Source of the DNA: Candidatus Fraserbacteria bacterium
GTDB taxonomy: Bacteria > Bipolaricaulota > Bipolaricaulia > RBG-16-55-9 > DRXL01
DNA: 64,000 nt
Assembly: GCA_947085185.1 (NCBI GenBank)
Contig: CAMTVK010000007.1
Location: 64,001-128,000, forward strand
Direction: 5' to 3'
In this document: in pieces, positions 1 to 9,692 of the stretch
Layout: every line of letters begins with the position of its first letter
Numbering within the stretch: the first letter of the stretch is position 1
Position numbers and translations under genes: made by a program
The notes under the pieces: model-generated
Database searches by the model: none
Told to the model about the DNA's origin: nothing
Seen by the model: only the letters and a program-made list of their open reading frames with translations

Positions 1-781
1 GGGGCAACCCCGGGCCAACTTCCTCATCGAAGAAGAAGATTTCTAGCTCCTTGCCAAGCTTTCTGTGGTCGCGCCTTTTGGCCTCCTCAAGCATCTGCAA
101 GTGCTTCTCGAGAGCTTCTTTGGTAGCGAACGCCGTGCCGTAGATGCGCTGGAGCATCTTTTTGGTCTCATCGCCGCGCCAATAGGCCCCAGCCACGCTC
201 AAGAGCTTAAAGTGTCGTATCTGCCCTGTGCTCAGCATATGCGGGCCACGACAGAGATCGAGAAAATCCCCGTCGCGATAGAACGAAACTCGCTCGTCGG
301 GGATCTCGTCGAGGAGCTCAAGCTTGTACGGCTCATCTTTGACGAGGTGCCGCGCTTCGTCTTTGGAGACTTCTATTCTCTCGAACTTATAGTCCTCTTT
401 GACGATCTTTCTCATTTCAGCCTCGATCTTCTCTAAGTCTTCAGGGGTGAAGGGGCGCTCGACGTCGAAGTCATAGTAGAACCCGTCTTCGATGGCCGGG
501 CCGATAGCAAGCTTCACCCCAGGGAAGAGCCGCCGCACCGCTTGAGCTAAGATATGCGCATAGCTGTGCCGATAGATCGCTGCCCCCTCAGGGGAATCTA
601 CGGGGATCAACTCCACAACAGCTTCAGCGGGCAGCACTCTATGAAAGTCAATGATCTCACCGTCAAGCTTGGCGCCGACGGTGGTCCAGAGCAGCTCCTT
701 GGCCGTCGTGGCGAGCACATCCTTCAAAGTCGCAGGGCCGTTGTGCTCGAGAGTCCGTCCGTCGGGCAGCTTGACGATCAT
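1..781 (-). CDS. thrS: Threonine--tRNA ligase, N-terminal part (runs off window)
   Basis: Manual translation from ATG at 781 (RBS AAGGAGG): MIVKLPDG...[12 protein letters not shown]...[14 protein letters not shown]...DLCRGPH...AGAYWRGDE...LQRIYGTAF...[10 protein letters not shown]. Confidence 0.97.
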   Translation of the reverse strand, partial: MIVKLPDGRTLEHNGPATLKDVLATTAKELLWTTVGAKLDGEIIDFHRVLPAEAVVELIPVDSPEGAAIYRHSYAHILAQAVRRLFPGVKLAIGPAIEDGFYYDFDVERPFTPEDLEKIEAEMRKIVKEDYKFERIEVSKDEARHLVKDEPYKLELLDEIPDERVSFYRDGDFLDLCRGPHMLSTGQIRHFKLLSVAGAYWRGDETKKMLQRIYGTAFATKEALEKHLQMLEEAKRRDHRKLGKELEIFFFDEEVGPGLP

Positions 782-850
782 AGTTCTCGACCTCCTTGTG
801 TGAAATGGGAGATATACAGCGGGTATTGTACAAGATCGAAGCCAGCGTTG

Positions 851-1288
851 CTACTTAGACCGAGAGCGCTCTCCCTCAATAGCTGAGAAGAGAGCGAGCA
901 CCTTCTCCTCGATCATATCGCGCACCGTTCGATAAAATTCCAAGCCCCGCCCGATGGGGTCGGGAATCCCCCAATCCTCACTGACACCATAAAAGTCCGC
1001 GGGGCAGATATCGTAGCCTAAGCACCCCATCGCGATCACGTAGTCGAAATCACGCAGATCAAACGCAGCTACGCTCTTGGAGCGCTGGTGCGAAATATCT
1101 AGGCCCTTCTCGCGCATGACCGCGATCGCGTCGGCGTGCACATAGCCCGCTGGCTGCGTCCCTGCACTGTGAATCTCCAGATCAAGCTGGCGCTCGTGCG
1201 CGTAATGCTTCGCAAATCCTTCGGCCATCTGGCTGCGACACGAGTTGCCCACACAGACAAAGATGATCTTTTTGCGCGAAGCGTCCAT
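851..1288 (-). CDS. arsC: Arsenate reductase / LMW-PTP family
   Basis: CVGNSCRSQMAEGF P-loop, downstream Cys pair (MGC...ICP), WGIPDP. Confidence 0.85.
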   Translation of the reverse strand: MDASRKKIIFVCVGNSCRSQMAEGFAKHYAHERQLDLEIHSAGTQPAGYVHADAIAVMREKGLDISHQRSKSVAAFDLRDFDYVIAMGCLGYDICPADFYGVSEDWGIPDPIGRGLEFYRTVRDMIEEKVLALFSAIEGERSRSK

Positions 1289-1291
1289 AGC

Positions 1292-1987
1292 TTATGGAAT
1301 GTCTCTCTGTTTCTTACGCTCTTTGCGCCCGGTCACCATATACAGAGTGCGTTCGGCGATGTTGACGGCGTGATCGCCCACGCGCTCCAGATCACGAATG
1401 GACCACAAGACGGGAATGACATCGTCCACGAACTCTTTCGCTTCGGCAGGAGAGTGCGCTTCACGAGCCAGTTCGAGGAGCTTGGCCAACACCCTGCGAC
1501 GCAATTGCCAACACCGTTCGTCCATCTGCGCGTCGCGCTGAATGATCTCCTGAGCGCGTGGGGTGTCTTTGGCCACGAAAGCGCTCACGGAATCGCGCAG
1601 CATCTCGCGGGCAAACTCCCCCAGAGCCGTCAGCTCTTCTTTTGGGACGAGCACGAAGACCCCTACGTCCATCCCATATTGGCCGACGTTCACCGCAAGA
1701 TCTGCGGCGCGCTCCAAGTCCGTGATGATCTTAAAGACGCTCGTGATCACGCGCAGATCTATAGCGACGGGCTGTTGCAGCGCCAAGAGATCCATACACT
1801 CCTTCTCGATGGCGAGATTGAGCTCATCCACTTGGTCATCCCAAGCGTCGAGGCTTTCGGCCAAGGCGCGGTCGTGCTCGCGCAGGGCTTTCAAGCCCAG
1901 ATCGAGCCCTTCTAAGACTTTCTCGCCCATCTCGCGCACCGACTGCGTCAGACGCTCCAACTGCTGCTTATAGCTTTCGCGAACCAT
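1292..1987 (-). CDS. phoU: Phosphate transport regulator PhoU
   Basis: LALQQPVAIDLR, DLERAADLAVN and DLERVGDHAVNIAE motifs; follows pstB; start placed at MVRESY. Confidence 0.95.
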   Translation of the reverse strand: MVRESYKQQLERLTQSVREMGEKVLEGLDLGLKALREHDRALAESLDAWDDQVDELNLAIEKECMDLLALQQPVAIDLRVITSVFKIITDLERAADLAVNVGQYGMDVGVFVLVPKEELTALGEFAREMLRDSVSAFVAKDTPRAQEIIQRDAQMDERCWQLRRRVLAKLLELAREAHSPAEAKEFVDDVIPVLWSIRDLERVGDHAVNIAERTLYMVTGRKERKKQRDIP

Positions 1988-1997
1988 GAGCTCTATT

Positions 1998-2813
1998 TTA
2001 CCCAAATTTGCCCGTGATGTAATCTTCGGTCTCTTTTTTGTCTGGGGTCTCAAAGATTTTTTTCGTGGGCCCGTACTCGATCAGGCGCCCCAGATACAGA
2101 AACGCTGTAAAATCCGAGACGCGCGCGGCCTGCTGCATATTATGGGTCACGATCACGACGGTGTAGCGCTCTTTGAGCTCGAGCATCAAGTCTTCGATCT
2201 TCGCCGTAGCGATGGGATCAAGAGCCGAGCAGGGCTCGTCCATTAAGATCACTTCGGGCTCGATAGCCAACGTGCGCGCGATGCACAAGCGCTGCTGTTG
2301 CCCTCCCGACAGATCATACCCGCTCTTTTTGTGTAAATAATCTTTGACTTCGTCCCACAGGGCTGCAGCGCGCAGCGCGCGCTCGACGTGCTCGTCTAAG
2401 TTCCCCGTAAAGCCGTTAATGCGCAGCCCAAATGCGACGTTCTCGTAGATAGACTTGGGGAAGGGGTTGGGCTTCTGAAAGACCATCCCGATTCTCCTGC
2501 GGACCTCGACGGGGTCCACATCAGGGTCATAGATGTTCTTGCCGTGATAGAGCACTTCCCCACTGAGGCGCACGCCGGGGACGAGATCGTTCATGCGATT
2601 AAAACACCGGATGAGCGAGCTCTTGCCGCATCCTGACGGCCCGATGATCGCGGTGATCTTGTTCTTGGGGATGTCAAGGGTGATCGAATCGAGCGCTTGC
2701 TGTTTGCCGTACCAGAGGCTGAGCTGGCGCACCTGCAGAATAGGCTCCCCAGCGAAGTCGTTGGGGGAGATGCGAGCCTGCGGGCGCGACTGAGAGACTA
2801 TCGTCCTCTCCAT
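1998..2813 (-). CDS. pstB: Phosphate ABC transporter ATPase
   Basis: [49 protein letters not shown]. Confidence 0.97.
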   Translation of the reverse strand: MERTIVSQSRPQARISPNDFAGEPILQVRQLSLWYGKQQALDSITLDIPKNKITAIIGPSGCGKSSLIRCFNRMNDLVPGVRLSGEVLYHGKNIYDPDVDPVEVRRRIGMVFQKPNPFPKSIYENVAFGLRINGFTGNLDEHVERALRAAALWDEVKDYLHKKSGYDLSGGQQQRLCIARTLAIEPEVILMDEPCSALDPIATAKIEDLMLELKERYTVVIVTHNMQQAARVSDFTAFLYLGRLIEYGPTKKIFETPDKKETEDYITGKFG

Positions 2814-2817
2814 CGAG

Positions 2818-4233
2818 CTACCACCTCCTCTGAAATCGTATTCGTAAGAAGATCGCCAGGCCGTTCATCGCCAAGAGAATACTTAAGAGTACTAAAATCG
2901 CCGCGGCGGCGATGGTGGCAAAGCCGTCTTTCGCTTCGCCGATCCACGTGAAGATCTGAATGGGGATGACCGTGAAGTAGTCGCGCAGCCCGGGGATGAA
3001 CGTCAAATACTGAAAAGCTCCAAGCAAGATGAGCAGGGCCGCCTCGCCCATAGCCCGCGAGAGCGCGATAATCAAGCCCGTCAAAATCCCAGGCAAGGCG
3101 TAAGGCAACACGTGAGCGCGCACGACCTGCCAGCGCGTCGCTCCCACCGCATAGGCAGCATGACGGATCGAATCGGGGATGGTGCGCAGTGCCTCGCGAG
3201 CCGCAATGATCACCATCGGCAAGATCAAGAGCGTCATAGTCAGCGCACCGGTGATGAGCACGCGATCCATCTGGAGCGCGCGCGCTAAGATCTCCAGCCC
3301 GATGATCCCGTAGACGACCGAGGGCACGCCTGCAAGATTGACAATCAACAGCTGAATGAGATCGGTCAGCCAATTCTTGGGAGCGTACTCTTCCAGATAG
3401 AGGGCTGCGCCCACTCCCAACGGCAGGGCAAAGAGCGCCGTCAGCCCCACTAAATAGAACGACCCCACGATGGCGCTGGCCAGCCCTGCTTTTTCGGGGG
3501 AGTTGGAGTCGAAGCTCGTGAGAAACTCCCAGATAGCGCGAGCCCAACTGCGCGTGATGGGGATCTGGGCGGTCTGCTCGGCGTCGAGCATAAGTGTCAC
3601 AAGTTCTCCATCGCGCTCAACTTGCACGGTCAACGGAGCTGGCCGGGGCTTCTTCTGGGCCGCGACGATGAGCGCCTCCCAGGCTTGACGTGATCCGGTC
3701 ACGGCAATATCTTCGATCCGGACTAAAAGATCGCCGGGACGCAATCCCGCACGCCATCCCACGCTCTCTTCTGGCAAATAATCTATAGCGATGCGCATGG
3801 CGCCCGTCTGTGGGTCCATCTGGGGCACAAGATCCCCAAAGATCTGTGAGGGATCGCCGGAGATCCAGCCGACCGGGAGAGTATTATGAGGCCAGCGCGC
3901 CATGACATCCCAGACATGCGCTGAGCGAAAGACCGTCTCTGAACCGATATGGATGACCGCGTCGAATTCACTTATCCCTGAGCGGGCCGCTGCGCTCTCC
4001 GGGAGAAAATCCGTCACGATGACGTAGGGGAGATTTTGGGCATCCCATTGGATGACCATGGTGGAGAGCACAAGGCCCGCCCGCGAGGCCGCGCGCATCG
4101 CCATGAGCGGGCGCGCATTGACCAGAATATAGACGATCAGGGCGAGCAGCGCGGCGAAGCTCACGAGAAGTGTGCTGAAGGTGAGCGCGCCAAAGAGCGT
4201 GCTTTTGGTCTTGCGCCACACAAGTGAGCTCAT
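2818..4233 (-). CDS. pstA: Phosphate ABC permease PstA with a ~200 aa insertion of two PDZ-like domains
   Basis: C-terminal PstA motifs ([28 protein letters not shown]); insert [19 protein letters not shown] and [21 protein letters not shown]...VQVERDGE. Confidence 0.92.
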   Translation of the reverse strand: MSSLVWRKTKSTLFGALTFSTLLVSFAALLALIVYILVNARPLMAMRAASRAGLVLSTMVIQWDAQNLPYVIVTDFLPESAAARSGISEFDAVIHIGSETVFRSAHVWDVMARWPHNTLPVGWISGDPSQIFGDLVPQMDPQTGAMRIAIDYLPEESVGWRAGLRPGDLLVRIEDIAVTGSRQAWEALIVAAQKKPRPAPLTVQVERDGELVTLMLDAEQTAQIPITRSWARAIWEFLTSFDSNSPEKAGLASAIVGSFYLVGLTALFALPLGVGAALYLEEYAPKNWLTDLIQLLIVNLAGVPSVVYGIIGLEILARALQMDRVLITGALTMTLLILPMVIIAAREALRTIPDSIRHAAYAVGATRWQVVRAHVLPYALPGILTGLIIALSRAMGEAALLILLGAFQYLTFIPGLRDYFTVIPIQIFTWIGEAKDGFATIAAAAILVLLSILLAMNGLAIFLRIRFQRRW

Positions 4234-5153
4234 TCGTATCGCTCCCGGAAGCGACGCACGATCCCATAGCTCAAGATATTCAAAAAGAGCGTCATCACAA
4301 AGAGCAGCGCGCCGATGGCGAAGATCGTGGCCCAGATGAACGCGCCGGCTTCGGCATCCCCCGTGGCAACGTTGACGATGTGCACGGTCAGGGTCTCCAA
4401 GGGCTTCAGCAGATCCGGGGGCCAGGTGGGCACCCGCCCCGCAGCAATCGCCACGATCATCGTCTCGCCGATGGCTCTGGACATCGCTAAGATAGTCGCT
4501 GCGGCGATCCCTGAGAGCGCCGCAGGCAGCACGACGGAACGAATCGTCTCGTATTTGGTCGCGCCAAGAGCATACGCGCCCTCACGGAGCTCCCGCGGCA
4601 CCGCATAGATAATATCTTCGCTCAGCGACGAGACCAACGGGATGATCGCGATCCCCAGCACGATCCCCGCGCTCAGGGCGTTCCAAAACTGAATCTCCGG
4701 GAGGATCGAGCGCAGAGCCGGCGTCACAAAGAGCAAGGCAAAATATCCATAGACGACCGTGGGGATGCCCGCTAAGATCTCCAAGAGGGGTTTGGCGATC
4801 TTCCGGACGCGCTCTGAAGCGAATTCGCTCAGATAGATGGCGCCAAGCAGCCCGATGGGGAGAGCCACAAGCAACGCGATCCCTGTAATAATCAGCGTGC
4901 CAGCGATCAACGGCAGGGCGCCGTAGGACGGGGTCGAGATATCAGTAGGGGCCCAACGCGTGCCCCATAAGAATTCCCCTAGAGAGACTTTGGCAAAGAA
5001 GATCCCAGAGCCAGAGAGCAGAAGCCAGATGGTGACTCCCGTGACGACCACAGCGAAGAACGCACAAGCGAAGAGCACCCCCTGGATGAGCCGCTCTTTG
5101 AGATACCGTCCTGGGGGCGCGTGCAGCGCGGGCCGGGTCGTTGTCAGCTTCAT
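4230..5153 (-). CDS. pstC: Phosphate ABC permease PstC
   Basis: AIYLSEFA, EILAGIPTVVYG, SRAIGETMIV. Confidence 0.96.
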   Translation of the reverse strand: MKLTTTRPALHAPPGRYLKERLIQGVLFACAFFAVVVTGVTIWLLLSGSGIFFAKVSLGEFLWGTRWAPTDISTPSYGALPLIAGTLIITGIALLVALPIGLLGAIYLSEFASERVRKIAKPLLEILAGIPTVVYGYFALLFVTPALRSILPEIQFWNALSAGIVLGIAIIPLVSSLSEDIIYAVPRELREGAYALGATKYETIRSVVLPAALSGIAAATILAMSRAIGETMIVAIAAGRVPTWPPDLLKPLETLTVHIVNVATGDAEAGAFIWATIFAIGALLFVMTLFLNILSYGIVRRFRERYE

Positions 5154-5167
5154 GGGTGTTCTCGCTT

Positions 5168-5218
5168 CTATATAGTTTTCCCTTAAAAATTATAGCACTG
5201 GGGCTTGGGCACAGTCAA
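5168..5218 (-). promoter_or_regulatory. Internal sigma70-type promoter for pstC with downstream CTATATAG palindrome
   Basis: Minus strand TTGACT-N18-TATAAT (5218-5189), followed by CTATATAG at 5168-5175. Confidence 0.6.
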
Positions 5219-5232
5219 ATTCAGAGAAGGGG

Positions 5233-5268
5233 CTGAGCCCCCCAGCGGGGTCCTTCTGGGGGGCTCAG
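5233..5268 (-). terminator. GC-rich hairpin between pstS and pstC
   Basis: ctgagcccccca ... tggggggctcag inverted repeat. Confidence 0.6.
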
Positions 5269-5282
5269 GGGGTTGGAGCAGC

Positions 5283-6431
5283 TCACTTGCAGTGTTCGCC
5301 GTATTTCTTGCGGATCTCTGGGAGAGACAAGCCGGAGTAGTTGCCGCCGAAGGCCGTGCCGGCAATGCGCTTCTTCCAGCAGGTGCGGGCCTCCTCGCGC
5401 ACCTCGCGTGGGACGGGAAGATATCCGGCTTTGTTGAGCATAAACTGCTGATTGCCCAAACGAGCCTCATCAAGATAGAAGTTAATGAAGTCGTCCACGG
5501 CGGGGCGCTCCCCGCTCTTCTTATTGACATAGATGAAGAGCGGGCGACTCAGCGGCTGGTAGCTGAACGCCAAGATCGTATCTACCGTGGGCAGGACGCC
5601 CTTGCACTGGCCGCCCTTGTTTTCGAGAGGCTTTTTGCCGTTCTTGGCGCGCCGAGCATTGAGCTCTTTGAGGACGTCTTCCGGGGCGCTGATCAGATCG
5701 CGGCGCGGGTCGAGCGCTACAGCTTGCACAAACTGGGTATTGTGCACGAAGAAGTTATACCCAAAGTACGTGAGGGCATAGGGGTTGTTGCCGGTCTGTT
5801 GAGCCAAGAGCTGGTCTTCTTCGGTGCCGAAGTAATCTTGTCTGGTGTCGCCCTCTCTCCCGTTGATCGCCGACGTGAAGAAGTCAAAAGTTCCGGAGGT
5901 TTCGGCGGCGCCGGAGAGCGTGATCTCCGCGTTGGGGAAGGTGCTGCGCACCTGGTTCCATTTGGTGATGAATTTTTCTGATTCTTTGGCCCACAGCAGC
6001 TCCAGCTCCCCCACGGTCATGCAGACGGGAGCGGTGCCGAAGATCTTTGTATCTTTGCTGACGGCCACGGTCAGGCCGTCCAGAGCAATCAGAAGCTCAA
6101 TATACTCGATAGCGTTCTTCGCTGCCGTCTCGATCTCAGATGCTTTGATAGCACGCGAGGCGTTGCTGATGTCGGTCTCGCCGACGACGAAGCGCCGAAA
6201 GCCTCCCGACGTCCCACTGACGGCTACAGTGACGTTGATATCGGGTCGGACTTTTTTGAACGCCTCGGCCATGGCCTTGGTGATTGAGGCGGCGGTGCTC
6301 GAGCCATCGGAGAGTATACTCTTTGAATCTTTGGGGGCCCCAGGCTGCCCCACCACCGACAAGACGACCGAGCCGACGACCAACCACGCGACGAATGCCA
6401 CGCGTCTCACTAGAGATGCGCTAAATTTCAT
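5283..6431 (-). CDS. pstS: Phosphate-binding protein PstS
   Basis: Signal peptide, DGSST, SGTSGGFRRF, DISNASRAIK, SGTFDFF, YQPLSRPLFIYV. Confidence 0.95.
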   Translation of the reverse strand: MKFSASLVRRVAFVAWLVVGSVVLSVVGQPGAPKDSKSILSDGSSTAASITKAMAEAFKKVRPDINVTVAVSGTSGGFRRFVVGETDISNASRAIKASEIETAAKNAIEYIELLIALDGLTVAVSKDTKIFGTAPVCMTVGELELLWAKESEKFITKWNQVRSTFPNAEITLSGAAETSGTFDFFTSAINGREGDTRQDYFGTEEDQLLAQQTGNNPYALTYFGYNFFVHNTQFVQAVALDPRRDLISAPEDVLKELNARRAKNGKKPLENKGGQCKGVLPTVDTILAFSYQPLSRPLFIYVNKKSGERPAVDDFINFYLDEARLGNQQFMLNKAGYLPVPREVREEARTCWKKRIAGTAFGGNYSGLSLPEIRKKYGEHCK

Positions 6432-6461
6432 ACTTTTCCTCCTTTTAGTATAGTTTACTTA

Positions 6462-6513
6462 CGATCTATATAGATCGCACCATAAGTATACACGAGGGGG
6501 AGAGGCGTGTCAA
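6462..6513 (-). promoter_or_regulatory. pstS promoter with 16-bp palindromic operator
   Basis: Minus strand TTGACA-N17-TATACT (6513-6485); perfect palindrome CGATCTATATAGATCG at 6462-6477. Confidence 0.75.
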
Positions 6514-6533
6514 GTCGGGGGAGGCAATAAAAT

Positions 6534-7277
6534 TTACTCGATCAGTTGGACAAGTTCGCGCAGGTCCGCCACGCGCGCGCACGGGTGCTCTTCAGGAGGC
6601 ACCCCCTCAGGAACCCCCAGCCCCAACCGCCCAGGGAAGAAGCGGTCCTTCAGATTGGGCCGCTCGATCCATACCGCATGCAGGCCCGCCCGCCGCGCCC
6701 CACGCACGTCCGTCTCAAAGTCATCTCCCACATGCAGCGCGTCGTGAGGCGCTACACCCGCTCGCTCCAAGAGCACCGCCCAAAAAGCCCGATCCGTCTT
6801 GCCGTGCGCGATCCCCGTAGAATCAGGACTGGCCCGCCAGCGAAAGAATTTTTTGAGCCCATGCTTCTCTAAAGAGCGCTCGATCCCCACGATCGGCCGA
6901 TGCGACACAATCCCTAACTCTATCCCGCGCCGACGCAGCATCTCTAATGCCCCACGCACATCAGGGAAAACCTCATCCACCGGGGCCTCCCAGTATCGTT
7001 GTATCTCTTGGGCGACTGGGGTGAGATCGCCGTCGAGCCCAAGCTCCCCCAAGATCAGTGCGTTCCATGCAACAAACGACTCCGTGCTGAACCCCAAGCG
7101 CGGGCGGACCTCGCGCTGCCATCGCTCTTGCGCCCGATGATACGCCCGAGCAAGCTGATCCCGATCGAGCGCCACCCCCAACTCTGTGAGCTTCTCATAG
7201 AACCAGTCGGCCTGACCGCTGCCAGGCACCCAGACGAGCGTCCCGTCCATGTCGAAAAAGATAGCCCTCACGTGCAT
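6534..7277 (-). CDS. HAD-superfamily hydrolase
   Basis: FFDMDGTL motif I, HVGDDFETDVRGARRAG motif IV; directly downstream of phnE. Confidence 0.9.
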   Translation of the reverse strand: MHVRAIFFDMDGTLVWVPGSGQADWFYEKLTELGVALDRDQLARAYHRAQERWQREVRPRLGFSTESFVAWNALILGELGLDGDLTPVAQEIQRYWEAPVDEVFPDVRGALEMLRRRGIELGIVSHRPIVGIERSLEKHGLKKFFRWRASPDSTGIAHGKTDRAFWAVLLERAGVAPHDALHVGDDFETDVRGARRAGLHAVWIERPNLKDRFFPGRLGLGVPEGVPPEEHPCARVADLRELVQLIE

Positions 7278-7283
7278 ACGTGC

Positions 7284-8855
7284 TCACCCTTCGATGAGTC
7301 TCTTGCGGATGCGCGCGCTCAGAAAATCAATAGCCATCACGGTGGGGATGATCACGACCAGACAGATCCCCACAATGTTCCATGCCCGGTACGATTGCGC
7401 TTCGTTGATGAGCGACCCGATCCCTCCGGCCCCTACGATGCCCAGCACCGACGCGGCCCGAACGTTGATCTCAAATCTATAGAGAAAGAGTGCCAAGAAT
7501 TCGGGAAGCACCTGGGGCAAGACCGCATAGCGAAAGACCTGCACCCGAGATGCTCCCACCGACTGAAGCGCTTCTACGGGCTCTTTGCGAATCTTTTCGA
7601 CGATCTCGGCATTAAATTTCCCCAGCATCCCGATGGAGTGAATGGCGATGGCCAAGACCCCCGGCAGCGGCCCTGGCCCAAACGTCGCAATGAAGAAGAT
7701 CGCCAGGATCAATTCGGGAAAAGCCCGAATGATATTAGGGATCTGCTTCATCCCCATCGCGATGGACTGAGGCACCCCCACATGGCGCCGCGACGCCAAA
7801 AACCCCAAGGGCAACGACAAGAGAAAACTGATCGTCGTGCCCACCAGCGCGATCTGTAAGGACTGCACCATGCGCTGCACAGCTAATTCAAAAAACTCGG
7901 TGGCCGGATCGGTCACGATCGCCCACAGAAGATTTCGAAAATATTCGATCCCGAGAACCAGCCGAGCGAAGTCCACCTCCAGTGACACAAAGGACCACAC
8001 GATCACAGCACCAGCGACACTCGAGCCAAGAAGGCGCAGCGGGCGCGGCAAGACGATCCCATGTACGAACGCATCGCGCATGCGGTTGGCTATGAGGTCA
8101 ATCACGATAACCAGCGCGAAGATCAGCAGCGCGATCGTCAAGACTTGGGGATAGTTGCGCCACTCCATAGCCGTCGTCAGCTGCATCCCCATGCCCCCCG
8201 CCCCAACATACCCCATCACTGCCGAGACGCGCACATTGAGCTCAAAGACATAGATGACATGATCGACAAACGCGGGGATGAGTTGGGGCAGCACGGCATA
8301 GCGAATGACGTGGAGCCTGCCCGCGCCCACGGCTTCGACCGCTTCGATGGGCTTGGGATTGATATTGTCCGCAGATTCGGAAGTGAGCTTGGCGATGATC
8401 GCACAGGCGAAGAACGAGAGCGCCCCAACCCCGGCCGCCGGCCCAAACCCCATAGCCGCCACAAACAAGACCGCATAGAGCAAATCAGGGATGGTGCGCA
8501 GGACGTTCATAATCGTGCGCACCGGCCAATAGATCAGAGCGCTGCGCACGACCAGTTGTGACCCAAAGACGACCAACGGCAAGGCCAGGAGCGCCCCAAA
8601 GAACGTCCCCAAGGTCGCCATCTGGAGCGTCTGCAGCAGCGGACGCACTAACTGCGGGAGCGCTGAAAAATCCGGGGGATACATGCGCCCCAGCAGCTCA
8701 AAGAACCTCCCGCCGTACTTCACTACAGAGAAGAGATCGAACTCGACGCCTTGGAGCGCCCACCCATAGAGGGCAATGAGCAGCGCTATCCCAGCCCATG
8801 CCCCCAGGCGCCTCAACCCAACCGCCCGCCTAGCCCCCTCCGTCCACTGTACCAT
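7284..8855 (-). CDS. phnE: Phosphonate ABC permease PhnE, tandem fused double permease
   Basis: Two PhnE repeats (RTIPDL...FELNVR..VMGYVGAGG; RAFPEL...FEINVR..VLGIVGAGG); start approximate. Confidence 0.9.
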   Translation of the reverse strand: MVQWTEGARRAVGLRRLGAWAGIALLIALYGWALQGVEFDLFSVVKYGGRFFELLGRMYPPDFSALPQLVRPLLQTLQMATLGTFFGALLALPLVVFGSQLVVRSALIYWPVRTIMNVLRTIPDLLYAVLFVAAMGFGPAAGVGALSFFACAIIAKLTSESADNINPKPIEAVEAVGAGRLHVIRYAVLPQLIPAFVDHVIYVFELNVRVSAVMGYVGAGGMGMQLTTAMEWRNYPQVLTIALLIFALVIVIDLIANRMRDAFVHGIVLPRPLRLLGSSVAGAVIVWSFVSLEVDFARLVLGIEYFRNLLWAIVTDPATEFFELAVQRMVQSLQIALVGTTISFLLSLPLGFLASRRHVGVPQSIAMGMKQIPNIIRAFPELILAIFFIATFGPGPLPGVLAIAIHSIGMLGKFNAEIVEKIRKEPVEALQSVGASRVQVFRYAVLPQVLPEFLALFLYRFEINVRAASVLGIVGAGGIGSLINEAQSYRAWNIVGICLVVIIPTVMAIDFLSARIRKRLIEG

Positions 8856-9615
8856 AGATGTCTTCTTCAAAGGTCTCGCGGTTGATCTCGGTGATGGGCT
8901 TGTCGTAGATGACCCGCCCGCCCTTGAGCCCGATGATCCGTCGGCCGTATTTGAACGTCAAGACCGGATCGTGCAAATTCACAATCGTCGTGATGCCCTC
9001 GTCTTCGTTGATCTTCTTAAAAATGCTCATGACGACGTTGGCCGTGATGGGGTCAAGTGAGGCGACGGGCTCATCAGCGAGGATGAGCTTAGGTCTTTGC
9101 AGCAGGGCGCGGGCGATCCCCACGCGCTGTTTCTGGCCGCCCGACAGCCGCGCCGCACGATCGAGATGGCGCAGTTGTGGAATCCCCACGCGCACCAGGG
9201 CGTGGTGCGCTCGCTCGATCTGATCCGCTGGGAACCTCCCCAGCAGAGCGCGCCAAAACCCCACTTGCGTGAGCGACCCCACAAGAGCGTTGGTCAACAC
9301 CGGCAGCCGCTCCACGACGTTATACTCTTGAAAGATGAAGCCGATGCGCGAGCGGATCTCGCGGAGTCTGCGAGAAGAGACACGCAGCACATCGGTGCCC
9401 TCGAAGTAGATCTCGCCCTCGACACGCGCATGATCGTTCTCCGTCAGACGATTGATCGCGCGCAAGAGCGTGGATTTCCCTGAACCTGAGACCCCAGCGA
9501 CGACCACAAACTCTCCTGGATAGATCTCTATATTGACGTTGTCGAGGGCTTGGACGGGGCGCACCCCTGGGTAGATCACGGTGAGGTTGCGTATGCGCAA
9601 GATAGGCGCAGCCAT
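8830..9615 (-). CDS. phnC: Phosphonate ABC transporter ATPase
   Basis: GVSGSGKSTLLRAINRL, LSGGQKQRVGIARAL, ADEPVASLDP, NLH. Confidence 0.92.
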   Translation of the reverse strand: MAAPILRIRNLTVIYPGVRPVQALDNVNIEIYPGEFVVVAGVSGSGKSTLLRAINRLTENDHARVEGEIYFEGTDVLRVSSRRLREIRSRIGFIFQEYNVVERLPVLTNALVGSLTQVGFWRALLGRFPADQIERAHHALVRVGIPQLRHLDRAARLSGGQKQRVGIARALLQRPKLILADEPVASLDPITANVVMSIFKKINEDEGITTIVNLHDPVLTFKYGRRIIGLKGGRVIYDKPITEINRETFEEDIYGTVDGGG

Positions 9616-9653
9616 GTCTCTATTCTAGAGAATCGTGGGAGAAGGAGCACAAA

Positions 9654-9685
9654 AGAGGGGATAGGGCAGACTCCCCATCCCCTCA
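9654..9685 (-). terminator. Hairpin between phnD and phnC
   Basis: gaggggatagggc...ccccatcccctc imperfect inverted repeat followed by T-run on minus strand. Confidence 0.45.
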
Positions 9686-9692
9686 GTCGCAT

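Noticed and set aside
65..886. Plus-strand ORFs 65..436 and 554..886
   Set aside because: Shadows of thrS on the minus strand
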